Below, one piece after another: positions 1-9,464 of a stretch of DNA of 64,000 nucleotides (the stretch's first letter is position 1; each line of letters begins with the position of its first letter). The notes beneath the pieces are model-generated. The model worked only from the letters and a program-made list of their open reading frames with translations. It was not told where the DNA came from and made no database searches. Source of the stretch: Candidatus Uhrbacteria bacterium RIFCSPLOWO2_01_FULL_47_25 (GTDB lineage: Bacteria > Patescibacteriota > Patescibacteriia > GWA2-46-9). The stretch spans positions 4,405 through 68,404 of the forward strand of contig MGEK01000023.1 in NCBI GenBank assembly GCA_001791325.1. The letters run 5' to 3'. A program made the position numbers and the translations under genes.

Positions 1-164
1 GTGCTTGGCAGTATTGAGCAAAGCGGCTTAATTAAAAACTGGACGGTTATTATTTTCAGAATAATGTACGCTGCCGCTTTTCTCTTTGTTTATCTTCTCA
101 TAACACAGCGTGAGATAGCGAATGAAAACTATCTGATTGAAGAAGGTAATACAATAAACGGGGA

Positions 165-222
165 GTGAAGCTCCTCGGCTTTACCCCGCTGCGGCGGGGC
201 GGAGTGGCATTCTCTAACGGGG
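165..222. repeat. GC-rich hairpin repeat module plus solo TIR half (GTGAAGCTCC-TCGG-CTTTACCCCGC-TGCG-GCGGGGCGG...TCTCTAACGGGG)
   Basis: Same core as 42423-42484 and 60002-60045; ends in CTAACGGGG, the terminal motif of the TIR elements. Confidence 0.7.
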
Positions 223-242
223 TAAAATTCTATTCTATATGC

Positions 243-929
243 TTACAAAGAATGCCCACCGACCACCCTGTTAATATCAATCCAATCTTGTAAATCATTT
301 TGAGTGCTAACATACCCTTTGATATTTATTGCCGCACCCTTGTGGATACCAAGGTGTAGATGCTTTCGTTCATGATCTGTCTCATTGCTATACGCATTAC
401 CCAAAGCAGCGATTTTCTCTCCGGCGATAACTTCTTGACCCACTGAAACTGCAACACTGGCTAGGCGTACATGGCCATAAATAACTGTCACGTCCTGATT
501 GTCAATAACACATCCCTGCACAACAACCCCGCCGTAACCTGAAGCCCACTTTTTCATCAACAACGCCCCATCACAAATCGCATAGACCGGCACATCCTTG
601 TTTTGTTCATCAAAAAATGTTTCAAAATCAACACCTGTATGATAACCACTAAAACGCTCCGGTTGTACCGGTGAATTCTCTGGTGAAATTTTAATGCCAA
701 ACAGCTTTTTTGTAATACGCTTCAAGGCATCTGGCAACGGCCACCCTGACAATGCAGGAACACGTTCAGTTGGAGCTAACTCTGTGTTTTGAGTTATCGG
801 TGGTGAAGTCGTGGACAAAAGGCTCACATCTTGATCCCTGATGATCTCTTTTGGCTGATGATATGAATAGTATATAACCGCCGCCACTACAACGAAGAAC
901 AGTCCGAAAAAGATAAAAGATTTATACAT
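243..929 (-). CDS. M23 family (LytM-type) metallopeptidase, membrane-anchored
   Basis: HTGVDF, YGHV and HLHLG zinc-binding motifs typical of Peptidase_M23; N-terminal TM helix. Confidence 0.8.
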   Translation of the reverse strand: MYKSFIFFGLFFVVVAAVIYYSYHQPKEIIRDQDVSLLSTTSPPITQNTELAPTERVPALSGWPLPDALKRITKKLFGIKISPENSPVQPERFSGYHTGVDFETFFDEQNKDVPVYAICDGALLMKKWASGYGGVVVQGCVIDNQDVTVIYGHVRLASVAVSVGQEVIAGEKIAALGNAYSNETDHERKHLHLGIHKGAAINIKGYVSTQNDLQDWIDINRVVGGHSL

Positions 930-979
930 ACCTTTTTGTACGCATTTATGGTACCACAGTATAATTACTGCCGGAAATG

Positions 980-1447
980 TTACTGACCTTGAACCGGCAA
1001 TAATGATCTTATTTGAATAGACTCGGCGGTAATGCTGCCGTCGCTATTGGCAGTACCGTTCACCATCACTTGTTTGCCAACTTCTAAATCACCGGCACTG
1101 CCCTCGACAGTTTTGCCAATGTTGGTACTGCCCGAAAGAAAAATAATTTTGGAGCCGCCATCACGAAGCTTTATCGTGACGCTCTGGTCGTCCTTGCCGA
1201 TTATTTCTCCGTTGATAAATTCTCCGCCCGCCACATCCCTCCGACCGTTTGGACTACCATTGCGAAATTGCTGTATCATTTGCTGACGTTGTTCGGCAGA
1301 CATATTTTGTAAATTCTGAGAAGCTCCTACTCCGCGGCCTTGCGGTCTTTTACTTTCGGCGTACCTCATTCCGCCATAAAAAGCGCCACCCCCTATGATA
1401 ATAAGAACGGCTCCCGTGATGAGTATTTTGTTCATATATAAACTCAA
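980..1447 (-). CDS. hypothetical membrane-anchored/secreted protein
   Basis: N-terminal TM helix, Gly/Asn-rich C-terminal domain; no recognisable motif. Confidence 0.45.
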   Translation of the reverse strand: MSLYMNKILITGAVLIIIGGGAFYGGMRYAESKRPQGRGVGASQNLQNMSAEQRQQMIQQFRNGSPNGRRDVAGGEFINGEIIGKDDQSVTIKLRDGGSKIIFLSGSTNIGKTVEGSAGDLEVGKQVMVNGTANSDGSITAESIQIRSLLPVQGQ

Positions 1448-1463
1448 TAATAATTAAAATATT

Positions 1464-2687
1464 TTATTCATACCGCAATGCGTCAATAGGGTTTAACTTT
1501 GAAGCTCGCCGTGCGGGGTAATAACCGAAAACAATGCCGATCGCGGCGGACACGCCAAAAGCGAGCGCCACCGAACTCAAAGAAATAGTTGTGGCGATAC
1601 CTGCAAATTGTGTCACGGCCGAGGCTAAAATCCAGCCCAAAAGAATACCAAGACCTCCACCAATAAGAGTGAGCGTAACCGCCTCCGACAAAAACTGCCG
1701 ATTAATATCGCCGCGATGCGCGCCAATGGCTTTCCTTAACCCAATCTCGCGCGTTCGTTCGGTGACCGTGGTCAGCATCATATTCATAATTCCTATACCG
1801 CCAACCAACAAAGAAATGCCGGCGATAGAGGCCAGAAGAATAGTGAAGATGCCGGTCACGCTAGAAGCGGCGGCAACAATATCTGATTGATTAATCACCT
1901 GAAAATCAGCAAGTTGCTGATTAGCAATATTATGACGAGCCATAAGTAACGCCGTAATCTGCTGCTGAATTGCGCTCATGGTACTGGCGTCCTCGGCCTC
2001 AACACTAATCGTTGTAACATAATTGTCGCCCGCTAAAAACCTCTGGGCCGTACTTAATGGCACATACACAGCATCGTCAGGATTACTAAATCCACTGCCA
2101 CCCTTGGATTTAGTAACGCCAATCACTTTGAAATCTACTTTATTAATGCGAATTGTTTGGCCAATAGGATCAACGCCAGCGCCAAATAAATCACTCACCG
2201 TGGTTGGCCCAAGCACTGCTACCTTGGACAGACTCCTCACACTCTGATCAGTAATGAACGAACCGCTCGCAGATTTCACATTACGCACTTCGGCATACGA
2301 CGCGACTGTGCCAATTACAGACGTGTTAGTATTTTTTCCGCGTACAGTGATTTGATAACGACGAGATATTTCTGGCGCCACTGCTTTAGCTAGTGTGACT
2401 TCCTTAATAATAGCGTCCGCGTCTTCTTGCGTCAGCGTCTGGGCGCTTCCCCGTCCGCCTGACACCTGGCTACCGGGGCCGCGCTGGAACCCCGGCGTCA
2501 CGAGCACAAGATTTGAGCCAATTGATTGGATGCTTGATTCAATAGAACCCTGTGCTCCTTGGCCGATTGACACCATGGCAATAACCGAGCCAATGCCAAT
2601 CACAATGCCAAGTATAGTAAGGCTTGATCGCACCTTATTGACGACGATTGCCGCGTATGTTTCTTCAAATAGGTCACTAATCTTCAT
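1464..2687 (-). CDS. ABC transporter permease, MacB/FtsX family (probable start at internal Met MKISDLFE)
   Basis: MacB-type periplasmic domain followed by a C-terminal FtsX 4-TM region; the ORF-table start at 2771 overlaps the upstream ATPase by 77 nt; the internal Met at ~2687 resolves this. Confidence 0.8.
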   Translation of the reverse strand: MKISDLFEETYAAIVVNKVRSSLTILGIVIGIGSVIAMVSIGQGAQGSIESSIQSIGSNLVLVTPGFQRGPGSQVSGGRGSAQTLTQEDADAIIKEVTLAKAVAPEISRRYQITVRGKNTNTSVIGTVASYAEVRNVKSASGSFITDQSVRSLSKVAVLGPTTVSDLFGAGVDPIGQTIRINKVDFKVIGVTKSKGGSGFSNPDDAVYVPLSTAQRFLAGDNYVTTISVEAEDASTMSAIQQQITALLMARHNIANQQLADFQVINQSDIVAAASSVTGIFTILLASIAGISLLVGGIGIMNMMLTTVTERTREIGLRKAIGAHRGDINRQFLSEAVTLTLIGGGLGILLGWILASAVTQFAGIATTISLSSVALAFGVSAAIGIVFGYYPARRASKLNPIDALRYE

Positions 2688-2694
2688 AATAATT

Positions 2695-3375
2695 TTACCT
2701 TGTTTTTTCGTCGTTAATAATCTGGCCGTCGCGAATGTGAATAATTCTTTTGGCGTGCGCGGCCACATCACGTTCGTGAGTAATGAGCACTATGGTTCGT
2801 CCTTGTTTGTTTAAAGATTCAAAAGTGGCAAGAACCGCCTCGCCAGTCTTTGTGTCCAAATTGCCAGTCGGCTCATCCGCCAAAATAATTGCCGGATTAT
2901 TGACGAGTGCTCGGGCAATGGCCACTCTCTGTATCTGACCGCCCGAGAGCTGGTTTGATAAATGATTGTAATGCGATTCTTCCAAGTTCACGGCCGCCAA
3001 AGACTTCTTAGCGACCTCCTCTCGTCCCGACCGACTAATGCCGGCGTAAACAAGCGGCAAAGCTACGTTTCGGAGCACTGTTGCGCGCGGCAGGAGGTTG
3101 AAGGCCTGAAACACGAAACCGATTTTTTCCCTACGAATGTCAGCAAGTGCATCATCAGAGAGCTCCGCCACATTATGGCCATTAAGCAGATACTGACCAC
3201 TCGTCGGCGAATCCAGACACCCCAAAATATGCATCAATGTTGATTTACCAGAGCCCGATGGACCCATGATGGCTACAAATTCGCCGTTGGCAATGTTGAA
3301 CGACACACTCCGCAAGACGGTCGTCTCCTGGCCGCCATTAAGGTAGATCTTTGTGATACTCCGACACTCAATCAT
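2695..3375 (-). CDS. ABC transporter ATP-binding protein (MacB/LolD/FtsE-like)
   Basis: Walker A GPSGSGKST, ABC signature LSGGQIQRVAIARAL, Walker B ILADEPTGNLD. Confidence 0.9.
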   Translation of the reverse strand: MIECRSITKIYLNGGQETTVLRSVSFNIANGEFVAIMGPSGSGKSTLMHILGCLDSPTSGQYLLNGHNVAELSDDALADIRREKIGFVFQAFNLLPRATVLRNVALPLVYAGISRSGREEVAKKSLAAVNLEESHYNHLSNQLSGGQIQRVAIARALVNNPAIILADEPTGNLDTKTGEAVLATFESLNKQGRTIVLITHERDVAAHAKRIIHIRDGQIINDEKTR

Positions 3376-4139
3376 ACGTCTAGGAATTTCAACACGGCGT
3401 CCGCTATACCCCGCGCGGCTATCCGGGGCTGGGCAACGATGACTCGCTGATCCACGGGGCTCGTCAAAAACCCTGTTTCCAGAATAGCCGCCACAGTCAT
3501 CGGATGAACCGCATGCTCATAACGGCGCCAGTTGAAGGCGTAATAACCTCTCATATTACGAGTAACGTTAAAATCGAGCCTAAGACCAGTAGAGCGAGCA
3601 TACTCCGCTTCAAGAGTATCGACGAGGCTTCCCGCTCGGCCTGTTAGATCACGATGCGGTGCGGCAACCTTAAATCCTGAAACCTCCGAATTTACATTGC
3701 CATCGGCGTGGATGGCGATAAAGACATCCGCCCAGTACGCTGGCGGAATAGTGGACGGCAAAATATCAACTATTACTCCCTTCGCCTCCAGAAACTCTTT
3801 CGTCTCCTCGGCGATAGCCAAGTTAATTTCCCACTCGGCCTTGCCGCCACCACTTGCTCCGCCACCACGCTCCCGAAGTCGTTTGAGCTCATCGGGGAGT
3901 TCTTCGCGTTTCCAGTGTCCAACCTGCAACCCCACACGTGGCGGTCCGACAGGTCTTCGCCATGTTTCTAAATCTCCAAATCGTGACGGAACAGCCACAT
4001 TGATGTCGTCGAATAATTCAAACTCAACTTCCGTCGTTGAAACAGATTCACTTATTGACCCGCTACGGTGCGCGGCAGTATAACTAACCACCGCGACGCC
4101 AACGATAAGTACCACCACGATTCCAAAAAACGCCCGCAT
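3372..4139 (-). CDS. N-acetylmuramoyl-L-alanine amidase (Amidase_3 family), membrane-anchored
   Basis: Amidase_3-like core (IAIHADG, ETGFL); N-terminal TM; 4-nt overlap with the downstream ABC ATPase. Confidence 0.75.
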   Translation of the reverse strand: MRAFFGIVVVLIVGVAVVSYTAAHRSGSISESVSTTEVEFELFDDINVAVPSRFGDLETWRRPVGPPRVGLQVGHWKREELPDELKRLRERGGGASGGGKAEWEINLAIAEETKEFLEAKGVIVDILPSTIPPAYWADVFIAIHADGNVNSEVSGFKVAAPHRDLTGRAGSLVDTLEAEYARSTGLRLDFNVTRNMRGYYAFNWRRYEHAVHPMTVAAILETGFLTSPVDQRVIVAQPRIAARGIADAVLKFLDV

Positions 4140-6044
4140 CTACCTACCCCCTCCAACTCGGAAACCGCCAACCGGGAAAAGACTACCGCCTGAACGCTGT
4201 TGCGTTGTAGTATTACTGCTCTCTGAAGTAATGGTTTGCGTTACCACCTCTTCGCCTTCACGGATGTCACCAGAAACTTCTGTCACTGAATCGTTAGAAA
4301 GACCAACTTCGACCGAGCGGCGTTCCGGTGTACCATCTTTGAGCATTTCAACGTAGGATCCTTGCCCGTTTTGAGACTTCACAGCGCTACCCGTCACCAT
4401 CAACACATCTTGCCTGACGTCAGTAATGATTGCCGCGGACACGCTCATGCCCGGTTTAATGCGTTCATCTTGTGTATCAAAACCAATTTTTACGTTATAC
4501 GAAACCACTCCCTGACTAACTGTTCCTATTGTTTCTATTTCTACAACGTCGCCCGTGATAGTCAATCCTTGGACAGCGTCAAATGTTAAGGTCGCTTTTT
4601 GCCCAACCTGCACTTTAGCAACATCCACCTCGTTTAATGACACTTCAGCAATCTTTTGCTTCGCTATCAAAGTAGCAACCGCGGTTGAGGAAGACGCGGG
4701 GTCGCCGAGCTTTACGTTAAGCTTGGCGACAACCCCGGCGAGCGGCGCGCGAACGGTATAATCGGCGAGCTTCTGCCGCGCGTCAGCCAACGCATTCTCT
4801 CTTTGACGGATTGCCAATTCTTGAGTTTGTATGTCAAGAGAATCAGCACCGGCTTTAAGTTTTAAAAGCGAGACCTCTTTCTCTTTAACCGCCTGTTCAG
4901 CCGCGGACAAATCCAGAGGATTATTTTGATCCATCGCTTTGAGATCTCTATCCGCGCTAACAACAGCGTCTTTGTTATCTTGCAATGTCCTCTGAACAGC
5001 AAGAAGATTTGATAAATGTCCATTCACCTGGCCATTGTAGGTAGTGAGATTGGCGCGATACTCTGCCACTTTGCTGGCGACCTGCTGATAATCAGTGGCG
5101 TTACGCAACGTCCGCAGATCGGTCCAAGTATCAAAAAGGGTGGTTTGGCTTTTGGCGGCTTCCGTAACGCGCTTTGTAGTTTCAATCGTCTCCGTCAGCA
5201 ATACTTCAGTGACCGAACGCTCCGAAAATCGACTGGCAGTTTGGTAGCTCAATAAATTAACATTGTAAGCACTGCGCGCCGCCGAATAATCGTTCTCCGC
5301 GTAATTGATAAATGGCTGAATTTTAGTTCTATCATCGGTAGTATTGCTCAAAGTGTTGATAAGAGTGCTTGTGTTGATGTAACCGGAGCCGATTGATTTA
5401 TCCGCCTTACCGATTTCTTGACCATGAAGGATATCATCCAGTTTTGTCATGATTGTCGGCAAATCAAGAAAGGAGTTGGAAATTTCATTGAAAGCGTCTT
5501 CATAGGCCTTAGTGATGTTATCAAGCGCTTTCTGTTTGGACTCCTGCGCTTTCTCATAATCTGTCGTTTGCGAGAGTTTTAACTTCTCCAAATTATCCTT
5601 GGCGCTCACCAGAGCGTTTTCGGACTGAAGAATTGAAAGCGTATCAGCGGACTGTTTAAGTTTATCCAAAGAAAGTTTCGCGCTTTCCAAGTTGACACTG
5701 GCGTCACGCACGGTTTTTAAAGCATCACTGTCGTCAAGCTCAATTAATACGGAATCGGCGGCAACTTCTTTGCCTGTCTGCACGGCTACCCTGACTACCG
5801 TACCAGAGGCTTTCGGCTTCACATCAATCTGGTTTGAACTTGCCACCTGCCCCGTGCCGCTCACTGAAACGATGAGCGTTCCTCTCTCAACTGGCGCGGT
5901 AATATACTGCGGCAAAACTTCTTTGGCAGTAAATTTTTGATAACCATAATAGCCGACGCCGGAAATAATCAAGAGAGCCACAAAAGTTTGTGCCTTATGA
6001 GCCCTAAGGTATGAAAAAAATTTTGTAGAAATTCTATTGTCCAT
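4140..6044 (-). CDS. HlyD-family periplasmic adaptor (membrane fusion protein, MacA-like) with very long coiled-coil
   Basis: N-terminal TM, about 300 aa of coiled-coil, C-terminal beta-barrel/lipoyl-like region; ORF-table start at 6119 overlaps the upstream gene, so the internal Met at ~6044 is more likely. Confidence 0.7.
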   Translation of the reverse strand: MDNRISTKFFSYLRAHKAQTFVALLIISGVGYYGYQKFTAKEVLPQYITAPVERGTLIVSVSGTGQVASSNQIDVKPKASGTVVRVAVQTGKEVAADSVLIELDDSDALKTVRDASVNLESAKLSLDKLKQSADTLSILQSENALVSAKDNLEKLKLSQTTDYEKAQESKQKALDNITKAYEDAFNEISNSFLDLPTIMTKLDDILHGQEIGKADKSIGSGYINTSTLINTLSNTTDDRTKIQPFINYAENDYSAARSAYNVNLLSYQTASRFSERSVTEVLLTETIETTKRVTEAAKSQTTLFDTWTDLRTLRNATDYQQVASKVAEYRANLTTYNGQVNGHLSNLLAVQRTLQDNKDAVVSADRDLKAMDQNNPLDLSAAEQAVKEKEVSLLKLKAGADSLDIQTQELAIRQRENALADARQKLADYTVRAPLAGVVAKLNVKLGDPASSSTAVATLIAKQKIAEVSLNEVDVAKVQVGQKATLTFDAVQGLTITGDVVEIETIGTVSQGVVSYNVKIGFDTQDERIKPGMSVSAAIITDVRQDVLMVTGSAVKSQNGQGSYVEMLKDGTPERRSVEVGLSNDSVTEVSGDIREGEEVVTQTITSESSNTTTQQRSGGSLFPVGGFRVGGGR

Positions 6045-6810
6045 TGTATTGATGAAAAAATGGAGGTGGCGCTGGGCGACGATTACCACGGACTCGCCAA
6101 GGGTTTTCTTCGGAATCAATTCTCTTAATACCTAGCGCTTGCACGGTATCGTCATCACGTTCTCCAAAGACGACCACTCGGTCGCCCGGCTGAAGATCTA
6201 ACCCGAACGGAAAACGGGTTTCTGGCGTTACCACAATCCTCAATACTTCGTCGCGACGAGTCTTAATCGCGAGCCCTTGCTCGGTCACTTCTGTCACTTC
6301 ACCAATATGAACGTTTCTAAAACGAGGCGCGCCATATTCACGGTAAAACGAACCAGCAAACGGCAGTCTATCGCGTTCAGCCCGCTCTAAGAGCCGTGAG
6401 TGGAAGGTGGTTTTTATAACCAAAAATCCGCCAAGCAAAGCAAGCGCAATTACCATCAGTGCTGAAATGAGAAGAGGGCGCCGGTAGGCGAAGGCATAGT
6501 GTCGCACCAAAAGCTCAAGGATAATTATAAAAACTATGGCGAGAAGAATGAGAAGCTTTGGCAAAGACCAGAGGAAAACGGCAAATCCGTGCCAGCCAAA
6601 GGCCGGCATAAACCACACCCCGCTTGCTCTCAAAGCAAACATGGCTAAGCTCACAACAAAGAGCAGAGTTAACCCAGCCAGGGCAATGCCGGCGACCACA
6701 AGCGTGGCTTTGAGCATAAAATGCCAACGCGGACGCATAGTCACTTCACCGCCCCGAATGCGTTCTAGCACGGCTTCGTGAATGGATTTTTTGTGTGGTT
6801 TATCATTCAT
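6034..6810 (-). CDS. putative anti-sigma factor / membrane protein
   Basis: 4 predicted TM helices; overlaps the 3' end of the ECF sigma gene by 8 nt (typical sigma/anti-sigma arrangement). Confidence 0.45.
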   Translation of the reverse strand: MNDKPHKKSIHEAVLERIRGGEVTMRPRWHFMLKATLVVAGIALAGLTLLFVVSLAMFALRASGVWFMPAFGWHGFAVFLWSLPKLLILLAIVFIIILELLVRHYAFAYRRPLLISALMVIALALLGGFLVIKTTFHSRLLERAERDRLPFAGSFYREYGAPRFRNVHIGEVTEVTEQGLAIKTRRDEVLRIVVTPETRFPFGLDLQPGDRVVVFGERDDDTVQALGIKRIDSEENPWRVRGNRRPAPPPFFHQYNGQ

Positions 6811-7372
6811 AAAACGGGTGTAATTTTTTATAAACTTTGCGAAGCATCTCTTTGCCTCGCTTTAATCTAACGCCAACGGTGGAGACTGGTAATTCCATAA
6901 TGTCGCTAATTTGCTGATAATTTAACTCCTCAAAAAAATATAAAACCAATGGTTCGCGATACTTTGGATCCAAGTCATGAAGACACTCCTCAAGCACTGC
7001 TCGTAGTTCCTTTTCATTAAAATCTCTATCAGCACGGTCGGAAGAAACGGGGTGAGGGAATATGGTATCAGGATCAAAGAAAAGCAGAGGCGCGTGGCGA
7101 CGTTTTTTGATGGCGTTCAAAAACTCGTTGTGCGCAATGCGGTATAGCCACGGCGAAAATCTGCGCCGCGTGTTGAATCCTTGAATGTTAATGTAGGCCT
7201 TTATAAAAACCTCCTGCACGAGATCTTCCGCGTCCTCAAAACCAAAAAGAAATCTTCGGGCATAACGCAACATCTTTTCCTCATATCGTTCCATTAGGAG
7301 GGAGAATGACTCGGTATCGCCGCCCTGCACACGCGCCGCTATTTCTTCATCGGTATCAGTCAAATTCGGCAT
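6803..7372 (-). CDS. RNA polymerase ECF-type sigma-70 factor
   Basis: Sigma70 region 2 (LVQEVFIKAY) and region 4 (LNYQQISDIMELPVSTVGVRL) motifs. Confidence 0.85.
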   Translation of the reverse strand: MPNLTDTDEEIAARVQGGDTESFSLLMERYEEKMLRYARRFLFGFEDAEDLVQEVFIKAYINIQGFNTRRRFSPWLYRIAHNEFLNAIKKRRHAPLLFFDPDTIFPHPVSSDRADRDFNEKELRAVLEECLHDLDPKYREPLVLYFFEELNYQQISDIMELPVSTVGVRLKRGKEMLRKVYKKLHPFYE

Positions 7373-7510
7373 ACCCCGTTAGAAGTCCTAAGAAGATAAA
7401 ATTCCTTTAAGAATTTTATCTTCTATGGCAGCAACGATGCTTAATAGATTCATAGACCGTATCATTGCCTAAGATACATTAATTATACTATGTCAGACTT
7501 CTAATGGGGT
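7373..7510. repeat. TIR element copy A (15-bp terminal inverted repeats CCCCGTTAGAAGTCC / GACTTCTAATGGGGT; internal hairpin AGAAGATAAAATTC-loop-GAATTTTATCTTCT)
   Basis: Seen directly; TIR ends 1 nt before the ATG of the sigma factor gene; distal TIR flanked by a 10-bp direct repeat AATTATACTA (7481-7490, 7511-7520). Confidence 0.8.
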
Positions 7511-7861
7511 AATTATACTACACTTTAACCATGTTTTTATTTCATCAAATGAAAGAGGCCGGCCGTTATCCAAACAACGGTCGGCCCCTGCTGTGTTTCA
7601 CAGCACCACTGCCAGCCCCTCGCTGATGGTAAGAGATAGCGCCCCTTGCACTTCATCAAACGCAGGTGATCGATCGAAAACAAACTCAAGCCGCACCACT
7701 CCTCCAACTCGGAACGACCTAAGAGAAGTAATGTTGATCCCCTTGGCAAGGAAAACACCGACTTTTAATTAATCCTTCAACCGTCTGCCGCTTTTATTCC
7801 ATTTCCGATAGAAACACGGGTGATAGCTATAATGACAACACCCCTTTCTTCTTTTGGGCTA

Positions 7862-8758
7862 CTACCTCCTGATCATCCTTGAAATTGGTATTTCAATGAC
7901 GTCTCTGGCGCCGCGCCGTAACACTTCAAGAAAAGTATCGTTTACTTCTCTCTTGGACACCACGGCACTGACAGACACGAATGCTCCTCCCGCCAGGCCT
8001 GCCACTGTTGGACTCTCTAGGGCCCGCAGACAGCCGGTGATTTCCTCAAGCTGCTGACGAGGAACATTCATCACTAGCATGACGTAACCGCGGGCCTCAA
8101 TCACTCCGAGAAGCAAACGCTTTAGATCCTGAGCCAATTTCGCCAACTTGGAATTTTTGACAATGTCGGTCTTGGCGATCATCACGGTTTGCGACTCCAT
8201 GATCACCCCAATGATCTTAAGGTTATTGGCCTGAAGCGAGGCACCTGTTTCAGTCAAGCACACTCCATACGGGGCAAGTTCCGGCACCATCGCCTCTGTT
8301 GAGCCAGCCGTAAAGCGCACCCGAACACGCTTGCCGCTTGTATCAAACAACTGCCGGGTGAGGTTAGGGTACTCGCTCAATACGAGAACATCATCTAGCA
8401 CATCCCCTACTCCACGACAAGGATTGTCAGCATACGTTACCAAAACAACGCGCGTCGGACCATCGGTAGATCTGCTGTATGACAACATTGTCAACTCCTC
8501 AACACGACCCCCACTCTCCCTGACGCAATCCTGTCCGCAAATGCCGAGGTCAAAACTACCTTGCTCTACCGCCCAGGGAATTTCCTGCGGGCGCATTAAA
8601 ACCACTTCTTCAATCATGGAACCACTAACGGTTCCGGTGCAACGGCGCGGCGATACGGTGATCGCCAAATCTGCCTGCGCGAACAACTCTAACGTCTTCT
8701 TTTCCAGGCTGCCGTTGGGTAGCGCGAGACGCAGCGCGTTTTCGTTCTTCTTGGTCAT
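7862..8758 (-). CDS. hisG: ATP phosphoribosyltransferase, long form (HisG)
   Basis: Collinear similarity to E. coli HisG (LRLALP.GSL, DLGI.G, ETGASL.AN.L, C-terminal regulatory domain); AAGGAGG SD 5 nt upstream of the ATG. Confidence 0.8.
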   Translation of the reverse strand: MTKKNENALRLALPNGSLEKKTLELFAQADLAITVSPRRCTGTVSGSMIEEVVLMRPQEIPWAVEQGSFDLGICGQDCVRESGGRVEELTMLSYSRSTDGPTRVVLVTYADNPCRGVGDVLDDVLVLSEYPNLTRQLFDTSGKRVRVRFTAGSTEAMVPELAPYGVCLTETGASLQANNLKIIGVIMESQTVMIAKTDIVKNSKLAKLAQDLKRLLLGVIEARGYVMLVMNVPRQQLEEITGCLRALESPTVAGLAGGAFVSVSAVVSKREVNDTFLEVLRRGARDVIEIPISRMIRR

Positions 8759-8887
8759 TTTTCCTCCTTTATGTTTTCTCTGTTGCTGCGGTTATACCAA
8801 TTAAACTAACCACCATTTTTATACCTGCCACTGTGCTTTTATGTTTGGCCGCCTCCTTTTTGTCAAAGAGCAAATTCTTCTCCAAGA

Positions 8888-8912
8888 AACAAAAAACCCT
8901 TCCGGAGAAGGG
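8888..8912 (-). terminator. Rho-independent terminator-like hairpin (CCCTTCCGGAGAAGGG + U-run on minus strand)
   Basis: Perfect 6-bp GC stem followed on the minus strand by UUUUUUGUUU; lies in a ~700 bp gap without credible ORFs. Confidence 0.5.
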
Positions 8913-9410
8913 ATCGATCGTGGTGTTGTTGATTTATGTAAAAAAGTAGATTCAAATAAAATTAACCACAGCCAATCTCTTCTCCGAAGAGGTTGCTGTG
9001 ATGATAAGTCTGATTTTGGACCAATGTAACCATAATGCAATCATTGTAATTTAATGATTATTTTCTGTCAAGCGGCGGCATATAACAGCCCTGCCACCTT
9101 CTGTCGCAATTGCGACAAAAGGTGGTGATAAAACCAGCCCCGCTTGGCGAGGCTGATAATCCTGCAACGCAGTGATGGAATGTTTGAACTCTAGCAAGCG
9201 TTAATTTGTCTTTTAACGTTCCAGCTCCTCGTTGGCGACGATCTGTACTTTAGCGTTAATGGTGGAGCCCCACGGGTTTACCCATGTCACCTCTCCACAC
9301 CTTCTCGCGCATTCATCTACCCCCCGCCGCGGCGGGGGGCTTTCTGCGAAGGAGGGTAAATTACTACAGTACTTTGCCATCGACAGCCCCCAGCACGATA
9401 ATAGACCATG

Positions 9411-9445
9411 CATAAAGCCCCCGCCATGGGCGGGGGCTTTATGGA
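9411..9445 (-). terminator. GC-rich hairpin 20 nt downstream of HU stop (AAAGCCCCCGCC-ATGG-GCGGGGGCTTT)
   Basis: 12-bp perfect stem; the U-tail is partly inside the stem, so an intrinsic-terminator function is uncertain. Confidence 0.4.
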
Positions 9446-9464
9446 GTTTTTAAAGCTTTAAAAA

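Noticed and set aside
1-168. Open frame from position 1 to the TGA at 166-168 on the plus strand (55 aa, hydrophobic) as possible 3' end of a gene continuing upstream of the window
   Set aside because: It is too short with no motif, and the downstream 165-222 is repeat DNA. It cannot be supported from this window alone.
1032-1286. Plus-strand ORFs overlapping minus-strand genes throughout the window (e.g. 1032..1286, 1534..1890, 2395..2814, 3697..4083, 34906..35442, 53096..53293 and dozens more in the ORF track)
   Set aside because: All are antisense to long ORFs with clear homology-type motifs. They are low-complexity or Pro/Ser/Arg-rich and lack SD sequences. They are treated as shadow ORFs.
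7537-7758. 73-aa minus-strand ORF in the non-coding stretch downstream of hisG
   Set aside because: The sequence is Cys/Trp/Arg-rich low-complexity, has no SD and spans a long hairpin. It is more likely non-coding.
9260-9269. GCTCCACCA on the minus strand (tmRNA/tRNA-like 3' end) and TAGATGAATG (RNase P-like) in the hisG-HU gap
   Set aside because: No adjacent T-arm (GGTTCGAATCC-like) and no P4/GGAAAGTCCGG consensus. A 9-mer match in 128 kb of two-strand sequence is expected by chance roughly half the time.
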